Positions 1-11,089 of a DNA stretch of 64,000 nucleotides are shown here, in pieces (within the stretch, counting starts at the first letter, position 1; each line of letters opens with the position of its first letter). The position numbers and the translations under genes were made by a program. Source of the DNA: a virus. Lineage: Duplodnaviria > Caudoviricetes. Location of the stretch: positions 32,001 to 96,000 of the IMG/VR virus record IMGVR_UViG_2600255075_000001, one strand, 5' to 3'. The notes beneath the pieces were generated by a model. The model was not told where the DNA came from. It saw nothing but the letters and a program-made list of their open reading frames with translations, and made no database searches.

Positions 1-329
1 TCTCCCGTCAATAATATCTTTTGCTTTAATCAAATCTTCGGTATCAGTTAAAAACATATTGTATTCAGCACCGGTACTACCACTAAAATGCATTACTGCG
101 GAAGATCTTCCCCTACCATAACCAGTAAATGTTAAAACATCTTCGAAAACATATTGTCGACCCATTCGACATTTGCCTCTTTATCAATAACCGGCACGGA
201 AGGATAGTTGTGCGAATATGAAAGTAGGCTGCCTTTGTAAGTATGAATTTCACCATTTCTGTAGCTACCTTGCCAATATTTATTCTCATGAACAATCGGA
301 TACAGTATTCTTTTCTTAGATTTTGTCAT
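1..329 (-). pseudogene. Phage hypothetical protein with a probable 1-bp frameshift near 150, running off the window edge
   Basis: ORF 132..329 stops at ...WVDNMFSKMF. Shifting frame at AAT-AT-GTT gives VFEDVLTFTGYGRGRSSAVMHF..., which is open to position 1. Confidence 0.5.
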
Positions 330-482
330 TTAGCATCTCCTTGAATTTAATATGTGTAAGCTCTATTTTTCTAATTACCAGCCTTCAATTTTCTAACGGC
401 CAGTAATCTAGTTGCGTGAATTTCACGGATAACTCTCCAACCATCCCTAATACAAGCCCTTTCATCGATTCAAATACAGCTT

Positions 483-821
483 TCATTGCCAATGAGTTAA
501 AACGATCAATTTAGGCTCCAATTCCACATCGAAGACTTCCTTTATTGCTTTGGTTACTTTTTCCTTGTGCTCTGCGTATCTGTTCTCTTCATAAATAAAA
601 GGACTGAGCCCTTCGTATCCGTCTGGATCGTGCTCAACTATTACTCCAAAATAATCATAATCCCCACTATTGTTATCTGGTAGATGAACGATCTCTCCAT
701 TTCGACGATTCCATCTATAATATCCATCGTAAAAATTATCTTTTCCTTCTTCGTCCATCTTGTCTACGAGCTGCTTAACATCACAGCCAATAATGATGTA
801 ATCAGAACGATCCGTTCCCAT
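483..821 (-). CDS. Hypothetical phage protein
   Basis: 112-aa ORF with a GGAGGT RBS. Confidence 0.7.
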   Translation of the reverse strand: MGTDRSDYIIIGCDVKQLVDKMDEEGKDNFYDGYYRWNRRNGEIVHLPDNNSGDYDYFGVIVEHDPDGYEGLSPFIYEENRYAEHKEKVTKAIKEVFDVELEPKLIVLTHWQ

Positions 822-861
822 TTGGCAACCTCCAATAAAAATGAATTTTTATTGCATATAA

Positions 862-1596
862 TCATTTTTTAGAAACTCTTTCTATAGATTTCTCCCAATA
901 TTCTCTTTCTTTTTCAAAGCATATGTAGTTTCTTTCTTCCTCTAGACATGCAACCGCAGTAGTGCCACTTCCACTTGCATTATCCAGCACTATGTCGCCC
1001 TTATTTGTGTAAGTTCTTATAAAATATCTAAATAGATCAACGGGTTTTTGCGTGGGATGAATGGCTAGTTTTTGCTTGTCTGTTGAGAACTTTAGTACAC
1101 TTCTAGGATAACGCTCTGTGCTGCCTCCGCCACAAATACCAATCGTTGTTTTACCATAATTACTACCGTCGTCTTGGTGTTTTGTATAACTGTTGACCGG
1201 CTTATGCCCAATAGTTTTTTGAGGATTGTAAGTAGGTAAATTTTTATAAAACACCAAGACATTCTCATGAGCCTTCATAGGCATTTTCTTAGCATTTAAG
1301 TGACCTGTTGCTGTAGTCTTTTCCCAGATCCATTCATATCTTAACCAATCCAGGTTGCTATTGCCCAACACCTTATCGAATGGGGTTTGAGCCGTCAAAA
1401 CGATTGCTCCATTGTCTTTTATAATTCTCTTATAATGACGCCACAATACGTCTAAGGGAATAATGGAGTCCCATTTATTACGAGTTGTGCCATAAGGAAG
1501 GTCGCACAGAATCAAATCAATTGACTTGTTATTAATTAAACTCAGACCGTTCTCACCAAGACAATCTACATTATAAATCTTATTTAACTCTAGCAG
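862..1596 (-). CDS. N4-C/N6-A DNA methyltransferase (beta class); probable CTG start
   Basis: DLPY catalytic motif, HPTQKP and LDNASGSGTT SAM-binding motif. AAAGGAG lies 7 nt before CTG at 1596. Confidence 0.9.
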   Translation of the reverse strand: MLELNKIYNVDCLGENGLSLINNKSIDLILCDLPYGTTRNKWDSIIPLDVLWRHYKRIIKDNGAIVLTAQTPFDKVLGNSNLDWLRYEWIWEKTTATGHLNAKKMPMKAHENVLVFYKNLPTYNPQKTIGHKPVNSYTKHQDDGSNYGKTTIGICGGGSTERYPRSVLKFSTDKQKLAIHPTQKPVDLFRYFIRTYTNKGDIVLDNASGSGTTAVACLEEERNYICFEKEREYWEKSIERVSKK

Positions 1597-1842
1597 TTTC
1601 AAACTCCTTTCAAGAATTAGAAACAACAGCTATCACGGTTATAACAATAAAGCATACTGAAATTAAAACTGTCATTAACACAGTTGACCTATTCATATTT
1701 TTTTCTATATACATTCCTAAGAACACTCCGATGAAAACTATGACGCTTACCAGTAGGCCCATCCAAAGAGGATACCATTTGTCATTCATACTTAATCTCC
1801 TAATGCATTTAGATAAAAGCCTTCTTTTATTAGATCTTATTC

Positions 1843-2190
1843 TTAAATTAGCCTATACAAAAAAGCAAGGTCGGCATCGAGCGATTCTAATGTTGGAGTT
1901 TCGGCAAATGAATCATCGTCTTCTGGATCTGAAAGGTTATTAGAATTGTCAAATCGATAAAAAGACATCTGATCCATAATACTTTTGTTAGGGCTGAAAC
2001 GATTATCATTTCCTGTCTGGTAGATAGCACTGTTTTGTATCATCCTATTTACTTGTTCTTGTGCAGTGGGTAAGTGCTCACTAAGAAAAAAGAACGCTTC
2101 CTGTGCTGTGTCGTTGCCTTTATATGAAATATCTAGAATGTTTTCAATCCCCCAGATAGCTTTTCGCTGTTTTTCTGTCATTGGTTTCAC
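1843..2190 (-). CDS. Hypothetical protein
   Basis: 115-aa ORF with an AAGGAGG RBS. Confidence 0.6.
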   Translation of the reverse strand: MKPMTEKQRKAIWGIENILDISYKGNDTAQEAFFFLSEHLPTAQEQVNRMIQNSAIYQTGNDNRFSPNKSIMDQMSFYRFDNSNNLSDPEDDDSFAETPTLESLDADLAFLYRLI

Positions 2191-2220
2191 TGATTAATGC
2201 CCCTCCTTCTGAACATTCAC

Positions 2221-3384
2221 TTAATCGATCCAGCTCATGTATTCTTCTCGCGGTACTTCTCTTACTACAAAACACTTCTTTGCATGAACCTTAGCATCAT
2301 CCTTATGGTCAAAGTGTTCGTAAGGAATGATCACTTCAATAAGCGCTCCTTGATACCGATAGTTTGACTCGTTAATTTCCTTCTGTTCATTAAAATACAG
2401 ATAGTCGTTTTTAGGTATTGCAAATTCGCCGATTTTATAAATGAAATTAGAGTCGTAGTGACTGCTGTAATTCCCATCTTTATTGTACTTTACAAACTTA
2501 TAAAACCTTTTATTTTCTATGTATGTTTTTCCATCAAACTCGGTATACTTTTTAGGTATATCACTGATAAACTTAAGCGTCCCTTTTCTCGTTAGGCGAT
2601 AATCGCGCTCATTAATATACGTTATCTGTACCGGCTCTTTTGAAATCTCTTTAATAATGTCCTCTACACATTCAAATTTAACTTCCTCTGGCTTTTTAAA
2701 ATAATCCTCGTGTAACGATAAATCGGCTATTTTATCAATCACATTATCCAGACTAAACTCTTCGCCTTCCTCAAACTGAATCAGTTTGTCATAGTTGATT
2801 CCATACATTCCTCCGAGTTGCTCCTTCAGCTCATCGACGGATTTAATTTGTAGATCCATACATTTGAGTGCAATCCGAATAAATTCCGGTTTTGAAATTG
2901 TGTATCCCTTTTCAGTGTACTTATGGACTCGAAGTAATGAAACTATTGGAAAAGCGGTATCTTTGTTGAATCTGAGCATTCTTTGAGCATTATCTTTCAG
3001 GAAATGTTTATGTAGCACAAACTCTTCAGTCTTAAAATCGAAAGCTCCCATACACGATGTGAAGTCAAAAGTATCAAAAATATCCTTGGCTTCTGGGAAG
3101 TACTTAAAGTGAATCAACTGTACATTCTTATCTCTGCCCATTCTAACCATAATTGATTTGTTAGTGAGAATGTTAACCCAATCGCTACCTTCCCAGGCTT
3201 CCTCAACGAACTCAATAAGCGAGGCTTCATGTCGGAAATACACATCAATATCATTAACTTTCCTGTTGCTGAACAGGCTTGTGATTGCTCCACCGGCTAC
3301 GTAAACCTCGTGTCTTTTAAAAGCATTTACTACATGTTTACCAAGATAGTCATACAGTTTATTTTTCTCAAAAGTATACTTCAT
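2221..3384 (-). CDS. Pol-beta superfamily nucleotidyltransferase (CCA/poly(A) polymerase head-like)
   Basis: VAGGAITSL...NDIDVYF (GG...DxD) and FDFT motifs. Confidence 0.7.
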   Translation of the reverse strand: MKYTFEKNKLYDYLGKHVVNAFKRHEVYVAGGAITSLFSNRKVNDIDVYFRHEASLIEFVEEAWEGSDWVNILTNKSIMVRMGRDKNVQLIHFKYFPEAKDIFDTFDFTSCMGAFDFKTEEFVLHKHFLKDNAQRMLRFNKDTAFPIVSLLRVHKYTEKGYTISKPEFIRIALKCMDLQIKSVDELKEQLGGMYGINYDKLIQFEEGEEFSLDNVIDKIADLSLHEDYFKKPEEVKFECVEDIIKEISKEPVQITYINERDYRLTRKGTLKFISDIPKKYTEFDGKTYIENKRFYKFVKYNKDGNYSSHYDSNFIYKIGEFAIPKNDYLYFNEQKEINESNYRYQGALIEVIIPYEHFDHKDDAKVHAKKCFVVREVPREEYMSWID

Positions 3385-3655
3385 TTAATTCCTCCAATAA
3401 TAATTTCCACATTCTTTTTACCAAGTTTCGCGAGTTCATTTCACAACTTACTAAAGTCAATAAATCGCTTACTCATCGTCATACATATTCATTAGCTCCA
3501 TATCTCTGGAAAAACCTTTTTTAGCGCTATGGCACAATTTTCGTGCGTCTTCTTCACTTAAGTTAACTCCAACATCGTATACCTTTATACAGTCGTTTTT
3601 CCATTCATAAACTCGGTATAACATACTCTTTAAACCCCCGAATAAAATCTACCTT

Positions 3656-3922
3656 TTATTCACAAAAAGGCTTTCCGCTCTGGTCGTAAATCTGTGCTAA
3701 TGAACCGATACCATTCCTATCGGAAGTGCTTAGTGCAAAATAACATCCAGTCTTTTGATGTTTTACTGTAATTAATGACGCAGTGTCTGCTTGATCTACA
3801 GATACTACCGAAAATTCTTGACTATCAACTGTCGCCCGTTTAATTTCGGTTTCGGTCTGACCACAAGCAGCTATTAAGACTGATAGAAGACTTAGTACGG
3901 ATACTATAAAATTTTTTTTCAT
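3656..3922 (-). CDS. Small lipoprotein (DUF6440-like)
   Basis: Signal peptide with lipobox IAAC; KTGCYF motif. Confidence 0.6.
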   Translation of the reverse strand: MKKNFIVSVLSLLSVLIAACGQTETEIKRATVDSQEFSVVSVDQADTASLITVKHQKTGCYFALSTSDRNGIGSLAQIYDQSGKPFCE

Positions 3923-4497
3923 TAACTCTCCTTCAGAATCTTTACTAGTTTATTAGCTTCCCTAGATGTCTTATCAATCTCAAGTCCAATTTTACTGATG
4001 ATAAACTTTACATGAGGGCTATACGTACGATTATCTACATATATATCCTTAGTCAAATAAGGATATGGATCTGCCGGATGCTTATAGTAGCTAGTCTCTG
4101 TAAAAAACCTATCTCCAAAATGATCTCCCCCTAGGGTCCTAACTAACAATCGAACGTATTTATCCTTTCGCTGAGGAACCCAAGCATAATGATGCCAACA
4201 ATATGAACCATCCGTTTCGTATGTATTATTTTCATCTATAAAATACATTATCTCCCCAACAGAATATAAAATTTTCTTTTCTAAACCACGATTGCTAAAC
4301 GAGGTAGGAAGGTTATAAGTCACTCCCCCAATTTCCACTTTTTTTAAATTGCTGTTCACTCGGATTTCTTCCGCGTCTATTTTCTTTGTTAAAATATATA
4401 AGGCGTCTCTTATTCCATTCCTGGCCGTTGCAGATTTTGCATTTTGACGATCTTGCTTTGCCAATTCATACTCTTTTCTCATATCATCTAGATTCAT
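3922..4497 (-). CDS. Hypothetical protein
   Basis: 191-aa ORF with an AAGGAG RBS. Confidence 0.65.
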   Translation of the reverse strand: MNLDDMRKEYELAKQDRQNAKSATARNGIRDALYILTKKIDAEEIRVNSNLKKVEIGGVTYNLPTSFSNRGLEKKILYSVGEIMYFIDENNTYETDGSYCWHHYAWVPQRKDKYVRLLVRTLGGDHFGDRFFTETSYYKHPADPYPYLTKDIYVDNRTYSPHVKFIISKIGLEIDKTSREANKLVKILKES

Positions 4498-4893
4498 TTA
4501 CATCTCCTTGTTCGTACTGACTTATTCAATAAATTTTCCACTTCATTGTCTACAGTTTTCTTGTCATCCTCAAGATAATGGTCTTATTGTCGTAACCAAC
4601 AATCTTCATTCGCGCTGCTGCTCTCAATATCTCGATGGCATCTTCGTGGCACATAGGATAGGCATTAAGAATTTGTGCATACTCATTGGCATGCCCGATA
4701 GTACTCTTGAAACGATCTGATCGTGCTAAACCATTGATTAATTCCCTTCTTTAGGCTGAAACCTTCAATGTTACCATCCTTATCTAAGTGGATATCAGTA
4801 ATTTCGACCTCGCGACCATCGATAATGTCATAAAAATTTTGATCGATTTTATAATCCACTTCTATCGCTCCTATAAAAATCCGATTTTATCTC

Positions 4894-5190
4894 CTAATAA
4901 TCAAATCCCTGTTTTATCATTTCTTCCTTGATCTCCTTCAAAGTCTCAATTACAACATCTAACGAAGCTATGCGATCAAATAGCATGATTACATGAGCAT
5001 CATGGTTATCAAGAGATGTACCTACAACTTCCTTCCATTCCTCGCCTATTTCTCGGGGCTTTGATTGTATAAACGCTGCTCCATATGTTAATTTAGAACC
5101 ATCATCTTTTAATTCTGCTACGAAAATATCTCCATATCCAAATTGAAGATATTTTATATTGTTATCTGTTTTAATGGGCAAGAAGCTCAC
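4894..5190 (-). CDS. Hypothetical protein
   Basis: 98-aa ORF in the operon direction. Confidence 0.6.
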   Translation of the reverse strand: MSFLPIKTDNNIKYLQFGYGDIFVAELKDDGSKLTYGAAFIQSKPREIGEEWKEVVGTSLDNHDAHVIMLFDRIASLDVVIETLKEIKEEMIKQGFDY

Positions 5191-5211
5191 TCCTTTCCGA
5201 TATTGTTTTTA

Positions 5212-5565
5212 TTAATGCCTAACCACGCGAACCTGTAGTTCATACTTATGCGCTAAGTCAATCATATGTTTTGTACCTTTGCTCGTTCCATCCCAGAAAG
5301 CGACTAAGGCATTAGACTTTTTCGCCATCTCTTCATTTCTTATGTATTCCGCATTATTTCCGCACTTTTCCCAGTCTGCAGGGTGACTAGAAATTCTATA
5401 GCCCTTTTCAGTAGCGTACCTTTCGCCCAGCTTATCTGCTCCTTTTGCAGCTCCCGATACAATTACGATTTCATTGCGAGGTTGCAATGCAAGAAGTAAA
5501 TCGAGCTTTCTTTTTAACATCTCATAGTCACTAAAGGTTCGTGAACCGGCAACGATTACTTTCAA
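5212..5565 (-). CDS. SLOG/YspA-like (DUF2493) nucleotide-binding protein
   Basis: KVIVAGSR, IVSGAAKGAD, RNEEM and FWDGTSKGT motifs; TTG start after GAAAGGAGG. Confidence 0.85.
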   Translation of the reverse strand: MKVIVAGSRTFSDYEMLKRKLDLLLALQPRNEIVIVSGAAKGADKLGERYATEKGYRISSHPADWEKCGNNAEYIRNEEMAKKSNALVAFWDGTSKGTKHMIDLAHKYELQVRVVRH

Positions 5566-5578
5566 AATAGCCCTCCTT

Positions 5579-5950
5579 TCAGTTTCGATCTTCCACATCG
5601 ATGCTATTTGCTTCTTCCGGTGTACTTATAATATGAACGAACATTGTCGCCTCGCATTCCGGGCAATCAAACTCTAAATAATCGGTCACACCCTCTAGAT
5701 AGTCGCCTCCAACAGATTCACAAATGTTCTTTCCGCATCGAGGACAAAAGTTTATTTGTCCATACCTCCACTGAAATTCTGTGCAGATAGGAATCAAAAC
5801 AAATGGCTGATAATTTCCATTTGGTGCGATGATATCTTTCTGGGCCAGTGCTTTAGCTTCCAACTCTGTCATATCCGTAGTTGTATCAGCAGTTATCATC
5901 GCAGCTTCAGTTTGCGTTAAAATCCTATATAATTTTGGTATTTCGGACAT
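5579..5950 (-). CDS. Zinc-ribbon protein
   Basis: CPRCG and CPECE motifs. Confidence 0.6.
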   Translation of the reverse strand: MSEIPKLYRILTQTEAAMITADTTTDMTELEAKALAQKDIIAPNGNYQPFVLIPICTEFQWRYGQINFCPRCGKNICESVGGDYLEGVTDYLEFDCPECEATMFVHIISTPEEANSIDVEDRN

Positions 5951-6794
5951 TATGAAACCTCCTCATGTATTTCGATTATTCAGTTTTGATACTTCATGCA
6001 ATCCTTCTAATTCTTCATCCCATTCTACCAAAGCCTTAACCCCGTCATGCATACCCCAAGCATTTTTACATCTTCTACACCCAACTTTGCGAACTTCAGA
6101 ACTGAATTACATGCTCGTTCTTGTCGGTTCGACGGATGCAATACAATTGCCTGAAATGAACACGTATATCCTTATGTCCCTTGTGTCCCGATAAAATGCC
6201 CATGCTTCAGAATCATTTCCCGTTACCATCTCCACCTTGCCGTTAATGACGCTTGTCAACACATAAACAATGTCGTGTTTTACCATTTGTTACGAACACC
6301 CCTATTCATCTAGATACTTCGCGAAGCTTCGCGGCAACTTCTTTGCCAAGCTCTGTAATCCTGTATTGATCGGCTCTGTAAGATGTCTTCCTGTCCTGGC
6401 TCCCCTGCCCACGGTGATCGGAAGCTTGTGCCATTCATCAAGTTCCAAAGCTCGCTACTAACTCGTCCATACGAACGCTCCCTGGAACAATTTTATTCAT
6501 CGAATTACTTCGCCTAGTTTCAGACATCCATCTTCTTCCCACGTAACAATAACTACATCTTCGCCATTTTGACGTATGGACCCCGCATCAGCGTAATCGT
6601 CATAAATTAAGGCTTCTCCAAGATCAGGAGAATATGCGTCATCTGACGACTCACTTCGCAAAAATTCACCGGTTTTTTCAACCGAATTACGTATTTCATA
6701 GAGCGCCTTCCTTTGCGACAAATTTATTCAATATGTTGTACTGCCGTCGATGAATCTTCTTTGTATCGTTTTACTTGCCTATAAAATCAAGTTT

Positions 6795-7412
6795 TTATTG
6801 TCTGAATTCCTTGTTGACGATCTTTGCTATATCTTTATATATCTCCTCAACTGATCTTAATCCATCAACAATCGCTTTAGCCGGTGCAGAGTAATTTGTA
6901 GATACATTTTTATAATTGCTACGTACTCTCGTGAGTAAGCCCAAATCTGATTCATATCTGTCATTTTCACCATGCTTTCCTTTTCTTTTCATGCTCTCTT
7001 CTGCTGGAATGTCGATTATAATGTCTAGATCAGGCTTCCGCATATACTTCTGTAATTCCATGATCCAACGTCCATCTCGCCCGTTAGCAAGCCCATAAGC
7101 GACTTGACAGAGGCTATACCTATCCAGGATTAAGAATTCATATTTCTCATTCTCTAGCTCAGTAAACCAGTCCTGCTGAGCCTGCTTATCCGCAGCCATA
7201 ATCAATTCAATCGTCTCTGCAGATACTTCCCATTCTTTACGTAACCACTTCATAATCAGCTCACCAGTTGGTGTTTCGTAGCGGTGGAACTCGCTCGACA
7301 TTACTTTAAATCCTTCGCTACGTAATCTCTCAGTAAGCAATTTTGATTGGGTGTGCTTTCCGCTTTTGTCTAATCCACCAATGCTGATGATCTTCATTTT
7401 ATTATTGTTCAA
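6795..7412 (-). CDS. tmk: Thymidylate (dTMP) kinase
   Basis: P-loop GLDKSGKHTQ, LILDRY and KPDL motifs. Confidence 0.9.
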   Translation of the reverse strand: MNNNKMKIISIGGLDKSGKHTQSKLLTERLRSEGFKVMSSEFHRYETPTGELIMKWLRKEWEVSAETIELIMAADKQAQQDWFTELENEKYEFLILDRYSLCQVAYGLANGRDGRWIMELQKYMRKPDLDIIIDIPAEESMKRKGKHGENDRYESDLGLLTRVRSNYKNVSTNYSAPAKAIVDGLRSVEEIYKDIAKIVNKEFRQ

Positions 7413-7687
7413 TTCTTCTTCTCACGCGCCTTCTTTAGTCTTAGTCCGGCCGCCTGCCGTTGTTCGTCGCTCATAGTCCTGGTGCTTTCATTCCGGAAAG
7501 AAACTCTGCCAAAATCAATTTCCTCATAATAATGGGCGCCGTCCTCATTGATTCTTACCGGTTCAATTCCAGCTTTTTTTAACTTTGATATTACTCTTGG
7601 CTGTAGGGTGTACAAGTTCCATTTCATTTTCTCGTCGTCACACTGAATTACGGTTTCTCTTTCATTAGCCACGTAACTCATACTCAT
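7409..7687 (-). CDS. Hypothetical phage protein
   Basis: 92-aa ORF overlapping its neighbours; C-terminal MSDEQRQAAGLRLKKAR. Confidence 0.65.
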   Translation of the reverse strand: MSMSYVANERETVIQCDDEKMKWNLYTLQPRVISKLKKAGIEPVRINEDGAHYYEEIDFGRVSFRNESTRTMSDEQRQAAGLRLKKAREKKN

Positions 7688-8271
7688 TCACCTTTTTTCT
7701 CGATAATTTGGACTTCTAGCTTCCTTCGCCCGAACTTTACCGCCTTACTCTCGCTGCTCATAAACACATCTAATCTGCCCTCTTTGATTGCTCCTCCTCG
7801 GTCGGTACAAGTGTATGTATTATTAAAATAAGGTATGTAAATCTGCGTCCCAAACGGCATGCTTTTAGGACACGCTATGGTAACACCTTCCTTGGTTGTT
7901 TGACCACTTGCTGTAACACCGTAGTATTTGTCGCCAGGGCTCTTGCCCGTTGATTCTCGATTATTTGTATAAGCAGTAACTTCGAAATTCATATATTTGT
8001 CTTTATGTTTTACTTCTTTTGTTACTGTGTTCTTATCTTCAATCTCTATACTTTTAACATCAAATTCTGTAGCTGCGGGGATCGGTTCTAAAGATGGCGC
8101 CGGAGTGCTTTGAATCTCCAAATGCACTAGATTTCTTATTGGCTTTAGTGGCATTTCAATTGTCGGTTGAGTTGTCTCTTTCGGATCTTTGACATTTTCA
8201 TTGGCCTCACATCCAGTTAAAAAAATTAGCACAGCCATGAAAATGAAAGACAGCGTCTTATTCTCGCTCAT
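7684..8271 (-). CDS. 3D-domain cell-wall protein with lipoprotein signal
   Basis: Lipobox LTGC; VTAYT, TASG, PFGT and DRGGAIKEGRLDVF motifs. Confidence 0.85.
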   Translation of the reverse strand: MSENKTLSFIFMAVLIFLTGCEANENVKDPKETTQPTIEMPLKPIRNLVHLEIQSTPAPSLEPIPAATEFDVKSIEIEDKNTVTKEVKHKDKYMNFEVTAYTNNRESTGKSPGDKYYGVTASGQTTKEGVTIACPKSMPFGTQIYIPYFNNTYTCTDRGGAIKEGRLDVFMSSESKAVKFGRRKLEVQIIEKKGE

Positions 8272-8373
8272 AACATTCCCTTCTTAATACTGTAATTTAT
8301 CTATATAAAAATCGCTCCTCGCCTTACAGATTCAGTTTGGACAAGGAGCGATTCGACTAATGAAATGTTCGTT

Positions 8374-9600
8374 TTATTGATTTAAGGCATTCACAAAATC
8401 TAAAGCTTCTTTAAGTTTTTCTGTATCATCCGATTTTAGAAAATTAACCACTCCGAGCAGTTCTTTCATTTTAGGCGCCACGATATCACTCTTGACCTCG
8501 TTGGCAATATCCTTCAAGGCATTTTTCAGTTCATTATGATAGTCTTCAGCAGTTTTCTCATCTTCATCTTTCAAACTGTCGATCATGTCTTCGGAAAATC
8601 GCTTAGCTTTCTCTTCCAACACTTCAATTTCTTTCTTACGGATATCTTCAAAGGAATCACCTTCGTCAAGTTGTCCTTCAATTGCCTCTTTAAACACCCT
8701 TACATATGTATCAATTCCATACAACTCTTTTTCTGGCAACACTTTAAAGCGTCCACCGGCGATACCAATATAACTAGATTCTCTAAAGTACATATAAGTT
8801 TGTGATTCATGAAACTTCGTAGCAATCTCTTTGCCATTTTTGTTTTCTAGGTTTTTATTTAATTCATTTCCTTCTTTATCTAAAGCTGTAACTTCATTGT
8901 GTAGGCAACAAATTAGATCTGCTTGCGACTGGAATACTTTACGGCAAGTAGTATTCATCATTAGCTCGATTGAGTTATATTTCACGCCATTGACGAGTTC
9001 TGTTGTTTTTTCTTTTGTCCAAGCTAAAAAAATCAAACCGTAGCCTGCAGCCCTTAATGTATCAATTGGGCGTTTAAGCTCGTCATATAGATTATTCCAT
9101 ACATTATCTTTATAAATCTTCGATTCTGATAATTCTTGAATTGATGTGAAATTATTTCCGGGATACTTGTTATTCGCATTAACGATGATATAAGCAGAAG
9201 CGCAATCAATCATTCTGTCAACAGTGTCGAATCCTACCACTTTAGAAATACGAGAAACCTTTGATTCCTGTACTAGCCCAGTTACTATTTCTTGTTTGAA
9301 ATAAATCCACCTGTCTGAATCCATCTCAATATCGGTCTTTATTTTTATCTTACCATTTTTAATTTTTTCTTCTTCTTTTTTATATTCCACCAAATCGATT
9401 TTCGATTTCAGTTTCCACGTTTTATACCCAGGTTCCCAAGCTACAAGCAGTCCTGCTTCTGGTTCGTTAGGGAAAAAGTATTCAATGATTTCCTTCCACC
9501 AACGAGTCTTGCCTGATTTATAATTTCCAGCCGTTAATAAGATATAGGATTGTAAGTCTACCTTTGGAATATTCGCCGTAACGAGATTTCGAAAAGACAA
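8374..9600 (-). CDS. AAA_24/Sak4-like ATPase (SPbeta YorG-like)
   Basis: Walker A GNYKSGKT and Walker B VVGFDTVD; adjacent to the SSB-like gene. Confidence 0.7.
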   Translation of the reverse strand: MSFRNLVTANIPKVDLQSYILLTAGNYKSGKTRWWKEIIEYFFPNEPEAGLLVAWEPGYKTWKLKSKIDLVEYKKEEEKIKNGKIKIKTDIEMDSDRWIYFKQEIVTGLVQESKVSRISKVVGFDTVDRMIDCASAYIIVNANNKYPGNNFTSIQELSESKIYKDNVWNNLYDELKRPIDTLRAAGYGLIFLAWTKEKTTELVNGVKYNSIELMMNTTCRKVFQSQADLICCLHNEVTALDKEGNELNKNLENKNGKEIATKFHESQTYMYFRESSYIGIAGGRFKVLPEKELYGIDTYVRVFKEAIEGQLDEGDSFEDIRKKEIEVLEEKAKRFSEDMIDSLKDEDEKTAEDYHNELKNALKDIANEVKSDIVAPKMKELLGVVNFLKSDDTEKLKEALDFVNALNQ

Positions 9601-9659
9601 TTAGTTATTCTCCTTTGTTTTTTCTATTTCTAGACTTTAGTTTAATGTTTTACTTCTAA

Positions 9660-10802
9660 TCAGAATGGCAAATCATCATCTGAAAAATCAATGGGATGAG
9701 CGTTATCGTCGAATGGATCTTTCTTATTTTCCGTCTTAAGAGGATCTTCTTGGGTTGTCGAGACTGATTTTACAAGTTCTGCTTCTGTTAAATATTCACG
9801 AATTAATGACCCTGCAACATAACCTGTAATTTCCAGTCCCTTCTTTGCTCCATTCGTAACTTTTTCATAACTAACTTGCTTATTAGATTCATCTACATCC
9901 GCAAAGGGATCGTTGTCATCTAATTTTTCTTTAATTGGAAGCCAAGTAAATGTAGCTCGATTATTATCTTGACCTGTAACTTCAATAAAGTCGAACTCGT
10001 CAAGCGATTCAAACGCATCGGCGAGCGGTTTCTTGCCTTCTGAAGCCTCTTGTTGATATACAATCAAATGTACATTTTTGGGTTCAGAACTTGTTTTACC
10101 GTATGTAAGAAATACTCCATTTACATTTGTCATTCCTTTTTCTTTATCGGCGTATGTGCTTCTGATACCGATTTGCATTTTAAAATTATTTACTTCTACA
10201 AAATCGGGCGATTTTAAATCGCAGATGTATGGGATATCTACTTTATTTACCTGAATTGCTCGGAGCTCATCTCCAATTTTGACTTTTCCATCAATAATGG
10301 GATTAATATAGCTAGGGATTCTTGAAACTCCTTTAATTTCATTATCTCTTTCATCAGTGAACTCATATGGATTGTGTTTTCCTTTAACCTCGATCCAAGC
10401 ATCTGTATAGATGAGCTCTTTAAATTTATCAATTTTATCCCACTCAGAATCAATGTAATGATATGTATCGTCAGGATACTTTGCTTTGTCAAACCGATCT
10501 TCCCACGAAAGTTTAACTGACTTCTTTTTTGAACTACTGTAAGGATAAACAAACGGCATTTCTCTACCCGATAACTTTACCTTGAGATCGTTACTCTCAG
10601 CAGTCTCAATAATGAATTCAAGAATTTTCTTAATCTTTCCATTATCATCAGTCTCTTCTCGATAATACGGAACATCAACCCAATTATCTGTACCGTTCTC
10701 TTGGTTTCTTACCGGCTTTACTTTTCCAACAAAGTGACAACTACTAGTAAATTCTTTACCTCCATGATCTTTATTAGTTTTTACTATCGATTTATCGGTC
10801 AT
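9660..10802 (-). CDS. Single-stranded DNA-binding-like protein
   Basis: Acidic C-terminus ending DFSDDDLPF; beta-rich sequence; upstream of the AAA ATPase. Confidence 0.6.
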   Translation of the reverse strand: MTDKSIVKTNKDHGGKEFTSSCHFVGKVKPVRNQENGTDNWVDVPYYREETDDNGKIKKILEFIIETAESNDLKVKLSGREMPFVYPYSSSKKKSVKLSWEDRFDKAKYPDDTYHYIDSEWDKIDKFKELIYTDAWIEVKGKHNPYEFTDERDNEIKGVSRIPSYINPIIDGKVKIGDELRAIQVNKVDIPYICDLKSPDFVEVNNFKMQIGIRSTYADKEKGMTNVNGVFLTYGKTSSEPKNVHLIVYQQEASEGKKPLADAFESLDEFDFIEVTGQDNNRATFTWLPIKEKLDDNDPFADVDESNKQVSYEKVTNGAKKGLEITGYVAGSLIREYLTEAELVKSVSTTQEDPLKTENKKDPFDDNAHPIDFSDDDLPF

Positions 10803-10937
10803 TTAAAAATATCATTCTCCTTTTATATTAATTTCTTTTACTTTATATGTGCATTTCACTATAAAATTCTTCTTTTATTGCTGCTCTCTTCTCCTTTCTC
10901 AGAGTATCTATATAATCACCATATGGTGTTATTTTAG

Positions 10938-11011
10938 TGGGCCCTGGGGGACTCGAACCCCCGACCAATCGGTTATGAGCCGACCGCTCTAACCAACTGA
11001 GCTAAGGGCCC
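10938..11011 (-). tRNA. tRNA with CAU anticodon, most likely tRNA-Ile2 (lysidine); CCA not encoded
   Basis: GGGCCCTTAGCTCAGTTGGTTAGAGCGGTCGGCTCATAACCGATTGGTCGGGGGTTCGAGTCCCCCAGGGCCCA folds as a cloverleaf and resembles the Bacillus Ile2 tRNA. It is followed by CTA. Confidence 0.93.
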
Positions 11012-11021
11012 TTACAATTCC

Positions 11022-11051
11022 AATATTATATCCTTTTGTTTTTATTGTCAA
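11022..11051 (-). promoter_or_regulatory. Sigma-A promoter of the tRNA
   Basis: TTGACA followed by TATAAT/TAATAT just upstream of the tRNA 5' end. Confidence 0.65.
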
Positions 11052-11089
11052 CATTTATTTTTATCTTCTTACCCGGGAGTTAATGAAAC

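Noticed and set aside
4548-4859. Possible frameshifted gene between tracked ORFs
   Set aside because: Two short overlapping minus-strand frames exist, but no motif links them.
10938-11011. tRNA as a prophage att site or as initiator tRNA-fMet
   Set aside because: Phage genes lie on both sides and I saw no duplicated 3' end. It has a paired G1-C72 and no triple G-C anticodon stem, so it is not an initiator.
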